This document shows positions 10,086 through 20,541 of a DNA stretch of 39,688 nucleotides, piece by piece. The notes beneath the pieces are model-generated. The model saw nothing but the letters and a program-made list of their open reading frames with translations, was not told the origin of the DNA and made no database searches. This DNA comes from Promethearchaeota archaeon. Lineage in GTDB: Archaea > Asgardarchaeota > Lokiarchaeia > Sigyniarchaeales > SOKP01. A program made the translations under genes and the position numbers. Numbering within the stretch: position 1 is the first letter of the stretch; every line of letters begins with the position of its first letter. The stretch is taken from NCBI GenBank assembly GCA_004524535.1, contig SDNY01000020.1:1-39688 (forward strand), written 5' to 3'.

Positions 10086-11765
10086 TTATTCAATAAGATC
10101 TGCGTCCGTAAGAATTTTTTTATGATCAAAAGCCAGATCCATTTCCTTCAGCCTTCTTCTTGGGACAAGGATAATATCTATTGCATCATCTCTGCTTTTC
10201 ATATCAGAGACATTCCCTTTTAATCTACACTTATATGCAGTTGAATGAATTGGGCCACGAGGATCTCTACCTTCTTCGTCGTAATATCCAATTTTTTTAA
10301 TAATTTGTACGTCTAAATTGGTCTCTTCCTTGACTTCTCTTATTAATGCATGTTTAATATTTTCACCCTTTTCTACGAGTCCGCCAGGTAACGCATAAAA
10401 ATCTTTAAAAGGCGGGTACTTTCGCTTAATTAATACTATATTCCCCTCATTATCTTCAATAATAGCATCTACAGCTTTTCCAATTTCCTTTTCTTTAATT
10501 TTATATCTTAAGAATATATAGTATCCAAGTGTAATAACTAAAATTCCAATAATAAATAAGGCTATTAGGCTATGTAACAGAATTGAAGGCAAATCACTCT
10601 CTTCTAGACTTAAAGCGATAAGAATAACTCCAGCTAAATCGGCTAAAATACCTGCCCCAAAGAGGAGATTTAGTAAACTGAGCCCTTTTTCAGTTCTCTC
10701 TTGATTTTCTTTACTTTTTTGAAGATATAACTCTTGTAAAGCTGCTTCGATAATCTTAAATTTATCATTCACTCGATTAACTAAATCTTTTAATTCAAAT
10801 TCATTTATTAGATGTTTCAATACACTCGTATAATGTTCTCTCCTATTATAATCCAATTCATTATATATTACACTTAATCTTGTTTGAATAAGCCCTCGTA
10901 ATAATCCAAGATTTTTTATTTTATCTTCTACAATCTCGATATTAACAAATGCTCCTGAACGAGTTTTTAAAAATAATGAATCAAGAGATTGGTTAATTGA
11001 CCTTAGAGCGAATAAAACAGCCCTCATTTTTGGAGTGGGATCTAAAACATATTGTTTCATATACGATTCAAAGAAATTCTCATAGTTTTGCTCTGCCATA
11101 TATATAAATCCAGAATTTCGATAAATAAAATGTAATTCCGACAAACGATTAGAAAGATTGTCCCTTATTCTTCTGTCAAAAAGTTTTTCAGAATAATCTG
11201 GCCATTGACCTGAATAAATCACTGTCCAATAAGAAATAACTTTTTTGTATTTATCAATGTTTTCTTGTGTCCAACTAATATTCGGGGGATTTGTCTTATT
11301 TGAGATGGTAAAGATATAAATAGGACTTTCTAAATCAAAGAAAACACCTTCATTTCCAGGCTTTCTGCTAAATTCCTTTAATAGGTTTAGAACAATATAG
11401 GGTATCTGCTGTATTAATAAGGAATTAATCTTTTCCTTTTTGGAAGGATCATCTTTAAAATATTCTATATCGAATTGGAAAAAACCGAGTGTGTTATATT
11501 TTCTCTCAGAATTTTCATCTGTATAAGGAAAATTCTCCACATATGTAACCCATTTGCATGATAAATTAATATTTTTAGCCATTTCGATCAAATTATCCTT
11601 TAGCTCTTTACGATAAATATCGTCATCTGTTAAATTACTCAGTTTATCGTGGATGAGATTTTTAAAATGTTGGCTTAACTTGTTTTCATTAACTTTAGTA
11701 GTATTCAGAAATGCGCTAATGAACCAAATTTCTTCTTTATAAATGAATTGTAAATTTTCCGTCAT
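10086..11765 (-). CDS. Membrane protein with long helical region, two TM helices and a C-terminal Nudix hydrolase domain
   Basis: Nudix box GGLVEKGENIKHALIREVKEETNL, RDPRG, LAFDH; two hydrophobic helices in the C-terminal half before the Nudix domain. Confidence 0.8.
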   Translation of the reverse strand: MTENLQFIYKEEIWFISAFLNTTKVNENKLSQHFKNLIHDKLSNLTDDDIYRKELKDNLIEMAKNINLSCKWVTYVENFPYTDENSERKYNTLGFFQFDIEYFKDDPSKKEKINSLLIQQIPYIVLNLLKEFSRKPGNEGVFFDLESPIYIFTISNKTNPPNISWTQENIDKYKKVISYWTVIYSGQWPDYSEKLFDRRIRDNLSNRLSELHFIYRNSGFIYMAEQNYENFFESYMKQYVLDPTPKMRAVLFALRSINQSLDSLFLKTRSGAFVNIEIVEDKIKNLGLLRGLIQTRLSVIYNELDYNRREHYTSVLKHLINEFELKDLVNRVNDKFKIIEAALQELYLQKSKENQERTEKGLSLLNLLFGAGILADLAGVILIALSLEESDLPSILLHSLIALFIIGILVITLGYYIFLRYKIKEKEIGKAVDAIIEDNEGNIVLIKRKYPPFKDFYALPGGLVEKGENIKHALIREVKEETNLDVQIIKKIGYYDEEGRDPRGPIHSTAYKCRLKGNVSDMKSRDDAIDIILVPRRRLKEMDLAFDHKKILTDADLIE

Positions 11766-11874
11766 AATTTTTCAGTTTAATAATAAATTATTTCTTTAGT
11801 CTAAAAAATAGGTTTAATTTTCAAAATAATTCTTTATAATAAAAACGTTTATAATTTAATATTTTCATTTTTTT

Positions 11875-13161
11875 TTATAGATATTTTACTTTAAATCCTT
11901 TTTTTCCCCCTTTTTTAACTTTCATTCGGACTTCTTTAAGTATTTGGCTTTCAAGTTCTTTACTAATTTCAAGGTTATTTTCCGCTAAATATTCTCTTAA
12001 CTTTTCTTTAGTAACCCGTCCTCCTATATTATTAGATTGTACCCAATTTGAAATTTTTTCAACTAATTCTCCCCCATCTCCTCCCATAAACTTTGGTAAA
12101 TAGCAATTAGCAAGTGCTTTTGACATGTAGACTGCATACACAAATAATCCTTTAGGATCTAATTTCTTATACACACCAGGAACTCTTTTAGGATTTAATA
12201 TGGTCATTTGGATATTTTTCCCGGCTTTTTGAATTTTCTTATAGAGTGGCATCCATTTATCAGCTCCATCTTGAGGCATTCCTGGTTTTAAGCCAGGCAC
12301 ATACTGAATTCCTGTCACATGAGGCAAAATATCATCAATAAATTTTATTTGTTCTGGTCCATCTAAATGATAAATTGAATAATCCATATGTTCTGCTTGT
12401 TCAATAAGATCTGGTAATACGAATCTTTTGAACCATTTTGGACTCAGCATTACGCTAAAATCACATTGCATTGTATAGTATCGTTTAGGACACCATACGT
12501 TAAGCCAAGTATTACACCCATCTACATATTTATTAATAATATCTTGTAATTCGTCATAAACTTTTAAATACTTCTCCATAATTATTGCCCGACAAGTATC
12601 AATAAGTCCAGGGTTGCGTTTCATTGCTAAAATGATATTTGTTGATCCTAAAAAGGAAATTAGTATGTCTAATACGCCTCCTAAATCTGTCATGGAGATA
12701 TAGTAATTGCCCTTGACAGCACGTTTTGCTGCATATTCCGTTATACGTTTTAATCTTGAATACCATTCATTATTGGCGTCTAATTTGACGCTTTCAAGTA
12801 CGGAGATTATATCTTTTACTTCTGTAGGCTTATGAAACCACATTGTATTTGCTTTGAATTCTGGTGTAACTCCTAAAACTGATGCCATTATCCCTGGACC
12901 ATAGTTTGGAAAATAAGAAGGGATGCATTCACCTCCAAAAATTAGGCCATCTGCATTATTTTCTAATTTGTCTAAAATAGCTTCAATCCCATCAAAATCT
13001 TTTGCCAAATCCCAGCACAAAGGAGTTGAAGCAATAAGTGCTTTAATAGAATTCTTGCCTGCAGGGATATTGTAAGAAAGAACGGGTCTATCAATAATTT
13101 CATGGTCCCACCAAGCTCTCATTCGTTCTTTAGCTTCTTCTAAATCTTCCTTTATTATCAT
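11875..13161 (-). CDS. Uroporphyrinogen decarboxylase/MtaA-CmuA superfamily TIM-barrel protein (paralog 2)
   Basis: PNYGPG, TDLGG, MQCDFSVMLSP..F..F..P, YHLDG, IQYVPG. Confidence 0.7.
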   Translation of the reverse strand: MIIKEDLEEAKERMRAWWDHEIIDRPVLSYNIPAGKNSIKALIASTPLCWDLAKDFDGIEAILDKLENNADGLIFGGECIPSYFPNYGPGIMASVLGVTPEFKANTMWFHKPTEVKDIISVLESVKLDANNEWYSRLKRITEYAAKRAVKGNYYISMTDLGGVLDILISFLGSTNIILAMKRNPGLIDTCRAIIMEKYLKVYDELQDIINKYVDGCNTWLNVWCPKRYYTMQCDFSVMLSPKWFKRFVLPDLIEQAEHMDYSIYHLDGPEQIKFIDDILPHVTGIQYVPGLKPGMPQDGADKWMPLYKKIQKAGKNIQMTILNPKRVPGVYKKLDPKGLFVYAVYMSKALANCYLPKFMGGDGGELVEKISNWVQSNNIGGRVTKEKLREYLAENNLEISKELESQILKEVRMKVKKGGKKGFKVKYL

Positions 13162-13253
13162 AATTTTCCTACTAAATTCGTAATTGCTTATTTAATTATT
13201 ACTAAAATCTTATCTTTTTCGTTCAAATACTTAATTTTAAAATAAATATCGTT

Positions 13254-14531
13254 TTAAACTCTTCTACTTAAAACTTTTAATGCGTCAGTTTTCTTCCTTA
13301 ATTCTTTAGCTACTTGTCCCTCAAGAGATTTTGATAATGGATTATTATTCTTTTGAGCATATTCTCGAATATTAGCTCTACTAACACGTGTTATGTTGTT
13401 TTCTTTTGCCCATAAATTTAAATCTTCAACGAGTTCTCCTCCATCTCCCCCTACAAATTTAGGCAAATAACAATCAGCTAAGCCTCTTGTAATATAGATT
13501 GCAAATACTATAAGACCTTTAGGGTCTAATTTTTTATAAATATGGGGGACACTAGAACAATCAAATGTAGTCATATGAATATTTTTTCCAGCTTTCTGAA
13601 TTTTTTTATAGAATGGCATCCATTTATCAGCTCCATCTTGAGGCATTCCAGGTTTTAAGCCAGGCACAAACTGAATTCCATCTACTACTTTTAATATATC
13701 GTCCGCAAATTTTATTTGTTCTGGCCCATCAAGATGATAAAAAGAGTAATCCATATGCTCTGCCTGTTCCTTAAGATCTGGTAATATAAATCTTTTAAAA
13801 TATTCGGGATTAAGCATAACGCTGAGATCACATTGCATAGTATAATATGTCCCAGGACACCAAAGATTTAACCAAGAATCACATCCCTCCACATGTTTAT
13901 TAATTATGTTCTGCAACTCGTCGTAGACTTTCAAATATTTTTCCATAATAATGGCTCGGCATGTATCGATTAATCCAGGATTCCTCCTCATCTGAATTAT
14001 AATGTTCTGTGGATCAATAAAAGATGCTAATATGTCCATAATCCCTCCTAAATCCGTCATAGCAATGTAATAATTATTTTTAGCACCTCGTTTTGCTGCT
14101 ATTTCCGTAGTGCGTTTTAATCTTACATACCATTCGTTATCATCGTTTAATTTGGCACTTTCTAAGACAGAAACAATATCTTTAACATCGGTAGGTCTAT
14201 GAAACCACATAGTGCGGGATTTATATTCGGGAGTCACTCCTAGTACCGCTGCCATTATTCCAGGACCGTAGTTTGGAAAAAATCTTGGGAGACATTCTCC
14301 TCCCCAGACGATTCCATTTCCATATTTTTCAAATCTATCAAGAACAGTCTCTATGCTATCAAAATCTTTACCTAAAGCCCAGTCAAAACCAGTTGATGCA
14401 TAAAGTGCCTTTTCAGAATTTGGTCCTTCGGGAATATAATAGGATATAACAGGTCTATCAGTTACCTCATGGTCCCACCAAGCCTTCATTCGTTCTTTAG
14501 CTTCTTCGATATCTTCTTTAACCATAGACAT
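13254..14531 (-). CDS. Uroporphyrinogen decarboxylase/MtaA-CmuA superfamily TIM-barrel protein (paralog 1)
   Basis: Same motifs as 11875-13161; colinear paralog. Confidence 0.7.
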   Translation of the reverse strand: MSMVKEDIEEAKERMKAWWDHEVTDRPVISYYIPEGPNSEKALYASTGFDWALGKDFDSIETVLDRFEKYGNGIVWGGECLPRFFPNYGPGIMAAVLGVTPEYKSRTMWFHRPTDVKDIVSVLESAKLNDDNEWYVRLKRTTEIAAKRGAKNNYYIAMTDLGGIMDILASFIDPQNIIIQMRRNPGLIDTCRAIIMEKYLKVYDELQNIINKHVEGCDSWLNLWCPGTYYTMQCDLSVMLNPEYFKRFILPDLKEQAEHMDYSFYHLDGPEQIKFADDILKVVDGIQFVPGLKPGMPQDGADKWMPFYKKIQKAGKNIHMTTFDCSSVPHIYKKLDPKGLIVFAIYITRGLADCYLPKFVGGDGGELVEDLNLWAKENNITRVSRANIREYAQKNNNPLSKSLEGQVAKELRKKTDALKVLSRRV

Positions 14532-14536
14532 ATGGT

Positions 14537-16549
14537 TTAACCTACATACTCAATTTTACCTTCTAAACGAATATCTCGGGAGGAACTCCCTATTAGTATG
14601 TTAAAAATGCCTTTCTCTGCTTTCCATGTATTACTTTTTTCGTCAAAAAAAGAAAGATCTTCTTTTTTAAGTTCCAATGATACACTCTTTTTCTCACTTG
14701 GTTCTAATTTAACCTTTTCAAAGCCCTTTAATTCTTTCAGAGGCCTATCAACACTGCACTCAACATCCTGGACATAAAGCTGAACTACTTCAGCACCTGC
14801 ACGCTTACCAGTATTTGTAATGTCAACCGATACTTTAATAGTGTCTTTTTCAGACATTTTTTCTTTATTTATATTAAGATTTTCGTAAATAAAATTAGTA
14901 TAAGATAAACCATGGCCAAAGGGAAAGAGAGGTTCAATATTGTTTGTATCAAAATATCGATATCCTACAAAAATCCCATCATCATAATTCACTTCTAAAT
15001 CCTTTACTATTTGAGCGGGTGAATCTTCAAGCTTTTTGGGAAATGTAATTGGAAGTTTACCGGAAGGATTCACTTCGCCAAAAAGGACCGAGGCTATAGC
15101 ATGTCCTCCTTCCATACCGGGATACCATGCTTCAATCACAGCGGGAACTTTATCAATCCAATCCATACCAATAGGACTACCACTTATTAAAACAACTATT
15201 GTTTTAGGATTTTCTTGAATCGTTTCATTTATCTTGCTAACTTGTACTGACGAGAGATGAAATTTTTTCCTATCTGAACCTTCAGTATCTTTATGAGGAG
15301 AATGTCTAAGTCCAGTAATATAGATAACAACATCTGCTTCTGAAGGGGTAGAAACTATTTCAATTTTCCCTTTACATTTCGCTTGTATTCCTTCAAGCGG
15401 CTTAATTTCATAGGGAGGTTTAACTTGAGAACTCCCGCCCCCCCTAGACATTTTTCTATTAGCATTTGGCCCAATTACGGCGATTTTTTTTATTGAATTG
15501 ATATCAAGCGGGAGAAGATTATCTTCGTTTTTTAAGAGAACAATGCCCTCTTCTGCGATTTTACGAGCCACTGCTTGATGTTCTGAAGTGTTTCTACTAC
15601 CAGGGGGAATCATGCTCGGATCGTCAAAAAGTCCTGTTAGAAACATTACACGCAATAACCTTCTTATATTTTCATTTAACATTTCTTCAGTAAATTTACC
15701 TTCATTTAATGCATCCATCATACTTTTATATTTATATTTGATTGCAGTTGGCATTTCGAGAGATAGACCTGCTTCTACGCAAGGCCCCGTAGTTTTTATA
15801 TGTTGCGTTGCAGTCCAATCAGAAACAACAAATCCCCTAAAACCCCATTCTTCCATTAACCTTTGTTTTAAGAGATTTTTATGTTCAGAACCATATACTC
15901 CATTAACTTTATTATAACAAGTCATGAATGACCAAGCGTCTGCTTCGCATACAGTAGCTTTAAAGGCAGGAAGATAAATCTCTTGAAGGGCTCTTTCACT
16001 AACGACTGAATTACAAGTAAGCCTATTTGTTTCTTGATTATTGCAAGCATAATGTTTTACACATGCCGCAATTCGTTGGCTTTGTATGCCTTTTACACAA
16101 TGTACTGCTAACCTTGAGTTTAAATAAGGATCTTCCGTTTGATATTCGAAATTTCTTCCACAATGCGGGGCTCTCTGAATATTTACCCCTGGTCCTAAAA
16201 GCATATGATATCCAATATCCCTTACTTCTTGTGCTACTGCCACTCCAAATTTTTCTGAAAGCTCTGGATTCCACGTTGCAGCCCGACAAATCCCTACGGG
16301 AAAATAAGTACATACCGAATCACCGCTACTATGTGGACCAATCCCATGGGGTCCATCCGTCATTTTAAAATGTGGTATTCCCAATCTTTTTATAGTTTTA
16401 GTATAAAAAAATTGTGTTCCCGAACTAAGTTTGAATTTATCTTTTAATTTTAACCTTCCTAAAAGGTCTTCCACTCTCTTTTCTAAATCCAAATTGTTAT
16501 CCATAAAAGGTAATTTTGATAATTCTTCATTTGAAAGCTTTTCACTCAT
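14537..16549 (-). CDS. Glycoside hydrolase family 3 beta-glucosidase/xylosidase with FnIII-like C-terminus, cytoplasmic
   Basis: DGPHG, GRNFEY..EDP, KHY, VVSDW nucleophile, WYPG.EGG, PFGHGLSYT, EVVQLY; no signal peptide. Confidence 0.93.
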   Translation of the reverse strand: MSEKLSNEELSKLPFMDNNLDLEKRVEDLLGRLKLKDKFKLSSGTQFFYTKTIKRLGIPHFKMTDGPHGIGPHSSGDSVCTYFPVGICRAATWNPELSEKFGVAVAQEVRDIGYHMLLGPGVNIQRAPHCGRNFEYQTEDPYLNSRLAVHCVKGIQSQRIAACVKHYACNNQETNRLTCNSVVSERALQEIYLPAFKATVCEADAWSFMTCYNKVNGVYGSEHKNLLKQRLMEEWGFRGFVVSDWTATQHIKTTGPCVEAGLSLEMPTAIKYKYKSMMDALNEGKFTEEMLNENIRRLLRVMFLTGLFDDPSMIPPGSRNTSEHQAVARKIAEEGIVLLKNEDNLLPLDINSIKKIAVIGPNANRKMSRGGGSSQVKPPYEIKPLEGIQAKCKGKIEIVSTPSEADVVIYITGLRHSPHKDTEGSDRKKFHLSSVQVSKINETIQENPKTIVVLISGSPIGMDWIDKVPAVIEAWYPGMEGGHAIASVLFGEVNPSGKLPITFPKKLEDSPAQIVKDLEVNYDDGIFVGYRYFDTNNIEPLFPFGHGLSYTNFIYENLNINKEKMSEKDTIKVSVDITNTGKRAGAEVVQLYVQDVECSVDRPLKELKGFEKVKLEPSEKKSVSLELKKEDLSFFDEKSNTWKAEKGIFNILIGSSSRDIRLEGKIEYVG

Positions 16550-16654
16550 ATTTAATCTCTAATTTTTTTTATTTTTTTAATATTTTTGATATAAGAGTTT
16601 AATTTCCTTTTTATTTTCTTATTATTCTTAAAAAAAAAGGATTAAAAATAGAAT

Positions 16655-18493
16655 TTAGTAGAGATCTTTAATTACAAAGTTTAAATTTAAATCTGTCAAT
16701 GTTTCTTTGGTTGGATATGCGTTTTCAGGATTCCAACCCATATTTTTGCAATATCCTTTATAGTCTTCCAAATAATCAACATCAACAGTTCTCTCAGGCA
16801 ATTTATTATTTATTACATCAATTCCTTCTCTTAAAGAAAATGAATGTCTTAATGTCTGAATCCTTAAACCTGCTTTCACAAGTTCATCTATAGAAATATC
16901 CCACCCAACTATTGCTTTTATTAATTCTATTAATGGATATTTCAGAAAGTTATAAATAAATTCGCACAATCCAACACAATTGGTTGCTTGGAAAATCCCA
17001 CATACTAATTTTTCAGCTTCACTTCTCTCATCACCAGGCCTTTTATATTTTCTTGGCAACTCAAAACCCTCAAATAATCCATTTGATTTTACTAAAGGCC
17101 CTCGTATATACATGTCCAGTGTTGCTGTTGTATGTCTTCCTGGAGTAGGGTCAAATGCATAACTTGCACCTAAGCTGTTATAAACTTTTGGAGAATGCAT
17201 CCCAAGCTCTTGACCCATCGAATGCATAGCATACTTGCTGCTCCCTTTCTCAATTTTTTCCGAAGCAATTTTTGAACCATCTGCTAATATATCTCCAAAA
17301 CCCTCACGATTAATGATCTTCTTGACTAATTCTATAATTACGGATGAATTGCCCCATGTTAATTCGAGACCATCGGTATCTTCTTTACTAAGAATACCAT
17401 TTTCATAACATTCTATAGCGAATGCGACTGTTGCTCCTGTGGATATTGTATCTATTCCAGCTCTATTACATAAATCATTTATTGTAAATAATGACATAAG
17501 ATCGTTATTGAGGACAAGGTGCCCAAAAGTAGCACAAGTTTCATATTCAGGCCGATGAGTCTCATCGAGTCCAAGTTCAGGGACTTTCATTATAGACCCA
17601 CATTGAACTGGACAAGAAAAACATCCATAAGGTTTTTGTCTATATTTATTTATTTCCATTCCCGAAATCTTATTAATCATCTCCATAGGGAAATCTTCAT
17701 TGACAGTTCCGCCCCAATTTTTAATTGGTGTATCTCCAGTTTGAGCACAATAAGTATTTGCCATAGTTGTGCCAAATGTTTTCCATCCGACAATCATTCC
17801 TTTTGATGAAGATATCCCTTCATTGTACTCTTTTGTAAGATTAAGTAATGCCTCTTTATCTGCTACAGTGATAGCTTTATTTCCCTTTAAAACAATAGCT
17901 TTTAATTTTTTAGAACCCATAACAGCCCCAAAACCAGATCTTCCCGCAATTCTAGCTTTATCATTTACAATTCCTGAGATTAACGAGAGTTTTTCCCCTG
18001 ATTGCCCTATGCTCATAACTTGGACTTTTCCATGCTTTTCTGTCAGTTTTTCTTCTGTTTGGACAACATCTAAGCCCCATAAATCAGAAGCATCTAAAAT
18101 TTGCTTGTCATCATTAATGATTGTTATATATTTTGGACTACTTGCCATTCCTTTAATAATTATCGCATCATAGCCACATTTTCTAATCTCTGGACCAAAA
18201 TACCCTCCACAATTAGAGTCTCCCCAGGTTCCTGTCAATGGAGACTTACCAGCGACCATAAAGCGCCCTGTTAGAGGAGCAACTGTACCCGTTAACAATC
18301 CTGGAAAAAATCCAAAAAGAGCATCAGACCCAAGAGCATCCGTTTTTGAAGGCATATTTTCATAAATTAATTTTGCTGCTAAGCCATAACCTCCAAGATA
18401 TTGTCGATAAGTCTCATCTGGTAATTGTTCTTCTTTAAAAGTTCCCTCAGAAAGATTTATCCATAAAATTTTACCCATATATCCATTAGACAT
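16655..18493 (-). CDS. aor: Tungsten-dependent aldehyde:ferredoxin oxidoreductase family protein
   Basis: KSPLTG, GAVMGSKKLKA, CFSCPVQC, PEYET, GIDTIS, GLC. Confidence 0.92.
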   Translation of the reverse strand: MSNGYMGKILWINLSEGTFKEEQLPDETYRQYLGGYGLAAKLIYENMPSKTDALGSDALFGFFPGLLTGTVAPLTGRFMVAGKSPLTGTWGDSNCGGYFGPEIRKCGYDAIIIKGMASSPKYITIINDDKQILDASDLWGLDVVQTEEKLTEKHGKVQVMSIGQSGEKLSLISGIVNDKARIAGRSGFGAVMGSKKLKAIVLKGNKAITVADKEALLNLTKEYNEGISSSKGMIVGWKTFGTTMANTYCAQTGDTPIKNWGGTVNEDFPMEMINKISGMEINKYRQKPYGCFSCPVQCGSIMKVPELGLDETHRPEYETCATFGHLVLNNDLMSLFTINDLCNRAGIDTISTGATVAFAIECYENGILSKEDTDGLELTWGNSSVIIELVKKIINREGFGDILADGSKIASEKIEKGSSKYAMHSMGQELGMHSPKVYNSLGASYAFDPTPGRHTTATLDMYIRGPLVKSNGLFEGFELPRKYKRPGDERSEAEKLVCGIFQATNCVGLCEFIYNFLKYPLIELIKAIVGWDISIDELVKAGLRIQTLRHSFSLREGIDVINNKLPERTVDVDYLEDYKGYCKNMGWNPENAYPTKETLTDLNLNFVIKDLY

Positions 18494-18614
18494 AGTATTC
18501 TTATTCCTTTTTTATTTAAACAAATTTAATATTTAAATCATATTTTACACGACATTTATTATTTCTTAAAATAATTTGAGAGGTCTAGATTCTTTTATAT
18601 TACTATTTTTATGT

Positions 18615-19487
18615 TCATAATAGTAAGTTTGGAAATCTCTTTTCCATTGCTAATTCTTTTTCAATGACTTGATTTAATAATTCTTCACGTTCTTTGCCCC
18701 CAAGAACTTCTAGTTTTCTAATTTCCAATGGATCGACTTTTCCTCTTAAGAGTTTAATTTCTTTTTCTGTTGGGGGTTTTGTCTCTTTCAAATCTTTTGG
18801 AATAATCAATTCAAAACCAGTTGATTTTTTTACCGTCTCAAGATCTATGCCTGGATGGATCGTACCAATTTTCATTCTCTTAGTTTCATTATCAAAAGTA
18901 AGATATGCAAGATTAGTTATTACACATTGAGGTCCAGAACCACCACATATACTTGGCTTCCCATCTGGAAATCCAACTCCTGAAATAAAATCAACTTTTG
19001 GAACAAATGTTTTCCTATCGTGCCTTGGGGTGTATAAAAAACTCCCTCGTGAATAAAACATAGAAAAATCCGCTATGCCAGCACATCCAGGAAACCTAAT
19101 TTTCGGATTTTTCCACTCACCAATACAAATATTATTTGTATTCCCATACATATCAATTTGAGCTGGTCTAAACCATTCAATTGTAGTTAATGTATCTGAA
19201 GGAAGAGATTCTAAGGTACATTCCCCTGAATTTTGAAACTTATATGCTCTAGCGGTATTCATCTCCAAATATAACAATGATACTTGACGGGGTTCAAATA
19301 CATATGTATTACCCATGATATAATGAAAAATTGCATCTGGTGCGTGAGTTACTTTTGCTAAAGTAAATGCTGCCCATACACAAGGGGTTGCAACTCCAAC
19401 GATCATAACGTCGTCATTTCTAACTTCTCTGGCCATTAAGACCGTAAGCATCTCATCCATTGTATAATCCTTTGAATATTCACTCAT
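18615..19487 (-). CDS. Class I CoA-transferase-fold beta subunit (GctB/CatJ/IpdB-like)
   Basis: AQIDMYGNTN, RFPG.AG, FVPKVDFISGVG, HPG, TGFEL; ATG at 19487 preferred because of the GGAGG SD upstream. Confidence 0.85.
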   Translation of the reverse strand: MSEYSKDYTMDEMLTVLMAREVRNDDVMIVGVATPCVWAAFTLAKVTHAPDAIFHYIMGNTYVFEPRQVSLLYLEMNTARAYKFQNSGECTLESLPSDTLTTIEWFRPAQIDMYGNTNNICIGEWKNPKIRFPGCAGIADFSMFYSRGSFLYTPRHDRKTFVPKVDFISGVGFPDGKPSICGGSGPQCVITNLAYLTFDNETKRMKIGTIHPGIDLETVKKSTGFELIIPKDLKETKPPTEKEIKLLRGKVDPLEIRKLEVLGGKEREELLNQVIEKELAMEKRFPNLLL

Positions 19488-19504
19488 ACTACTTCTCACT
19501 CCTC

Positions 19505-20362
19505 CTATAACAATACATTTAAAATTGTTTGTACTCCACCTACTTCTTCCAGATATTGACTATGAGTCTTATTTAGAATATATTTACGCTTATACTCCTC
19601 AAAATCTGTCTTAAGATAAGTTTGAATGTGAATCGGGTCAAAGGTATAGTTTGGAAAACAACTTGTAGGATGTGCTCCAAACGGAACTTTTACTACAGCA
19701 GCCGTAGTTTGCATTGGTATCTGAGCTCTTCTAGGTAATCTGATTATATCCTCAGTCTCAACTAACTTTTCAGATATAATAATTGTTTTTTTTGCGGTTT
19801 TTGCCATGTCATCGTCAAGCCAAACAGCTCCTTCGATATTTCCATTTCCAAACTCATCAGCATCATTAACATGTACAATAGCAACATCTAAGTCGATCTT
19901 AGGCATTGCCATTAGTTGAGTACCTGAACCTAAGGGATCTTCAAATTGTTTGATGTCATCTCTGACCTTTGGAAAATCTGTACCTATTATCCCTTTCAAA
20001 GGCATGAATGGTACCTTTAAGTAAGAACATTTAAGCCCTAAAGCAATCGAAGCTTCGCTTTCCTCAGAGATCCTGATTTCTCCAGACTCAACGCCCTTTC
20101 GATAGTGAGGAGCCATCCCAAAAACTTCCATACCGACAAAAGATGCTCTTATCTCAGAAACACATCCTCCTCCAACAAGCATATCTACATCAATCCCCCC
20201 AACAAAAGTACAAATCGAGAGGTCCTTTTTCTCTTGTCTGATTATTTCCCTGCAGGCGCATATTGGTTTCCTCCAAAATGATAATCCACCAATACCAATA
20301 AGATCGCCATTTTGGACATATGATGAAATCGCTTCTTCTAATGACATGAGTTTAGAATCCAT
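19505..20362 (-). CDS. Class I CoA-transferase-fold alpha subunit (GctA/CatI/IpdA-like)
   Basis: MSLEEAI...GD.IGIGG, RKP, DMLVGGG, GTD, DVAIVH..AD.FGN, PFGAHPTSC. Confidence 0.88.
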   Translation of the reverse strand: MDSKLMSLEEAISSYVQNGDLIGIGGLSFWRKPICACREIIRQEKKDLSICTFVGGIDVDMLVGGGCVSEIRASFVGMEVFGMAPHYRKGVESGEIRISEESEASIALGLKCSYLKVPFMPLKGIIGTDFPKVRDDIKQFEDPLGSGTQLMAMPKIDLDVAIVHVNDADEFGNGNIEGAVWLDDDMAKTAKKTIIISEKLVETEDIIRLPRRAQIPMQTTAAVVKVPFGAHPTSCFPNYTFDPIHIQTYLKTDFEEYKRKYILNKTHSQYLEEVGGVQTILNVLL

Positions 20363-20541
20363 TTATAAACCTCAAAAAGATGATATTAAAATTTTAAGAA
20401 CTCTATAGAAATTAAAATTGTTAATACAATATTAATAATGTCAGATCGAAAATTTAATTTGATTTATCATACTGTCCAAAATATATTTAAATACAAAAAC
20501 TTAGAAACCAATAAAAGGTGTAGAATATTACTCGAGAAAGA

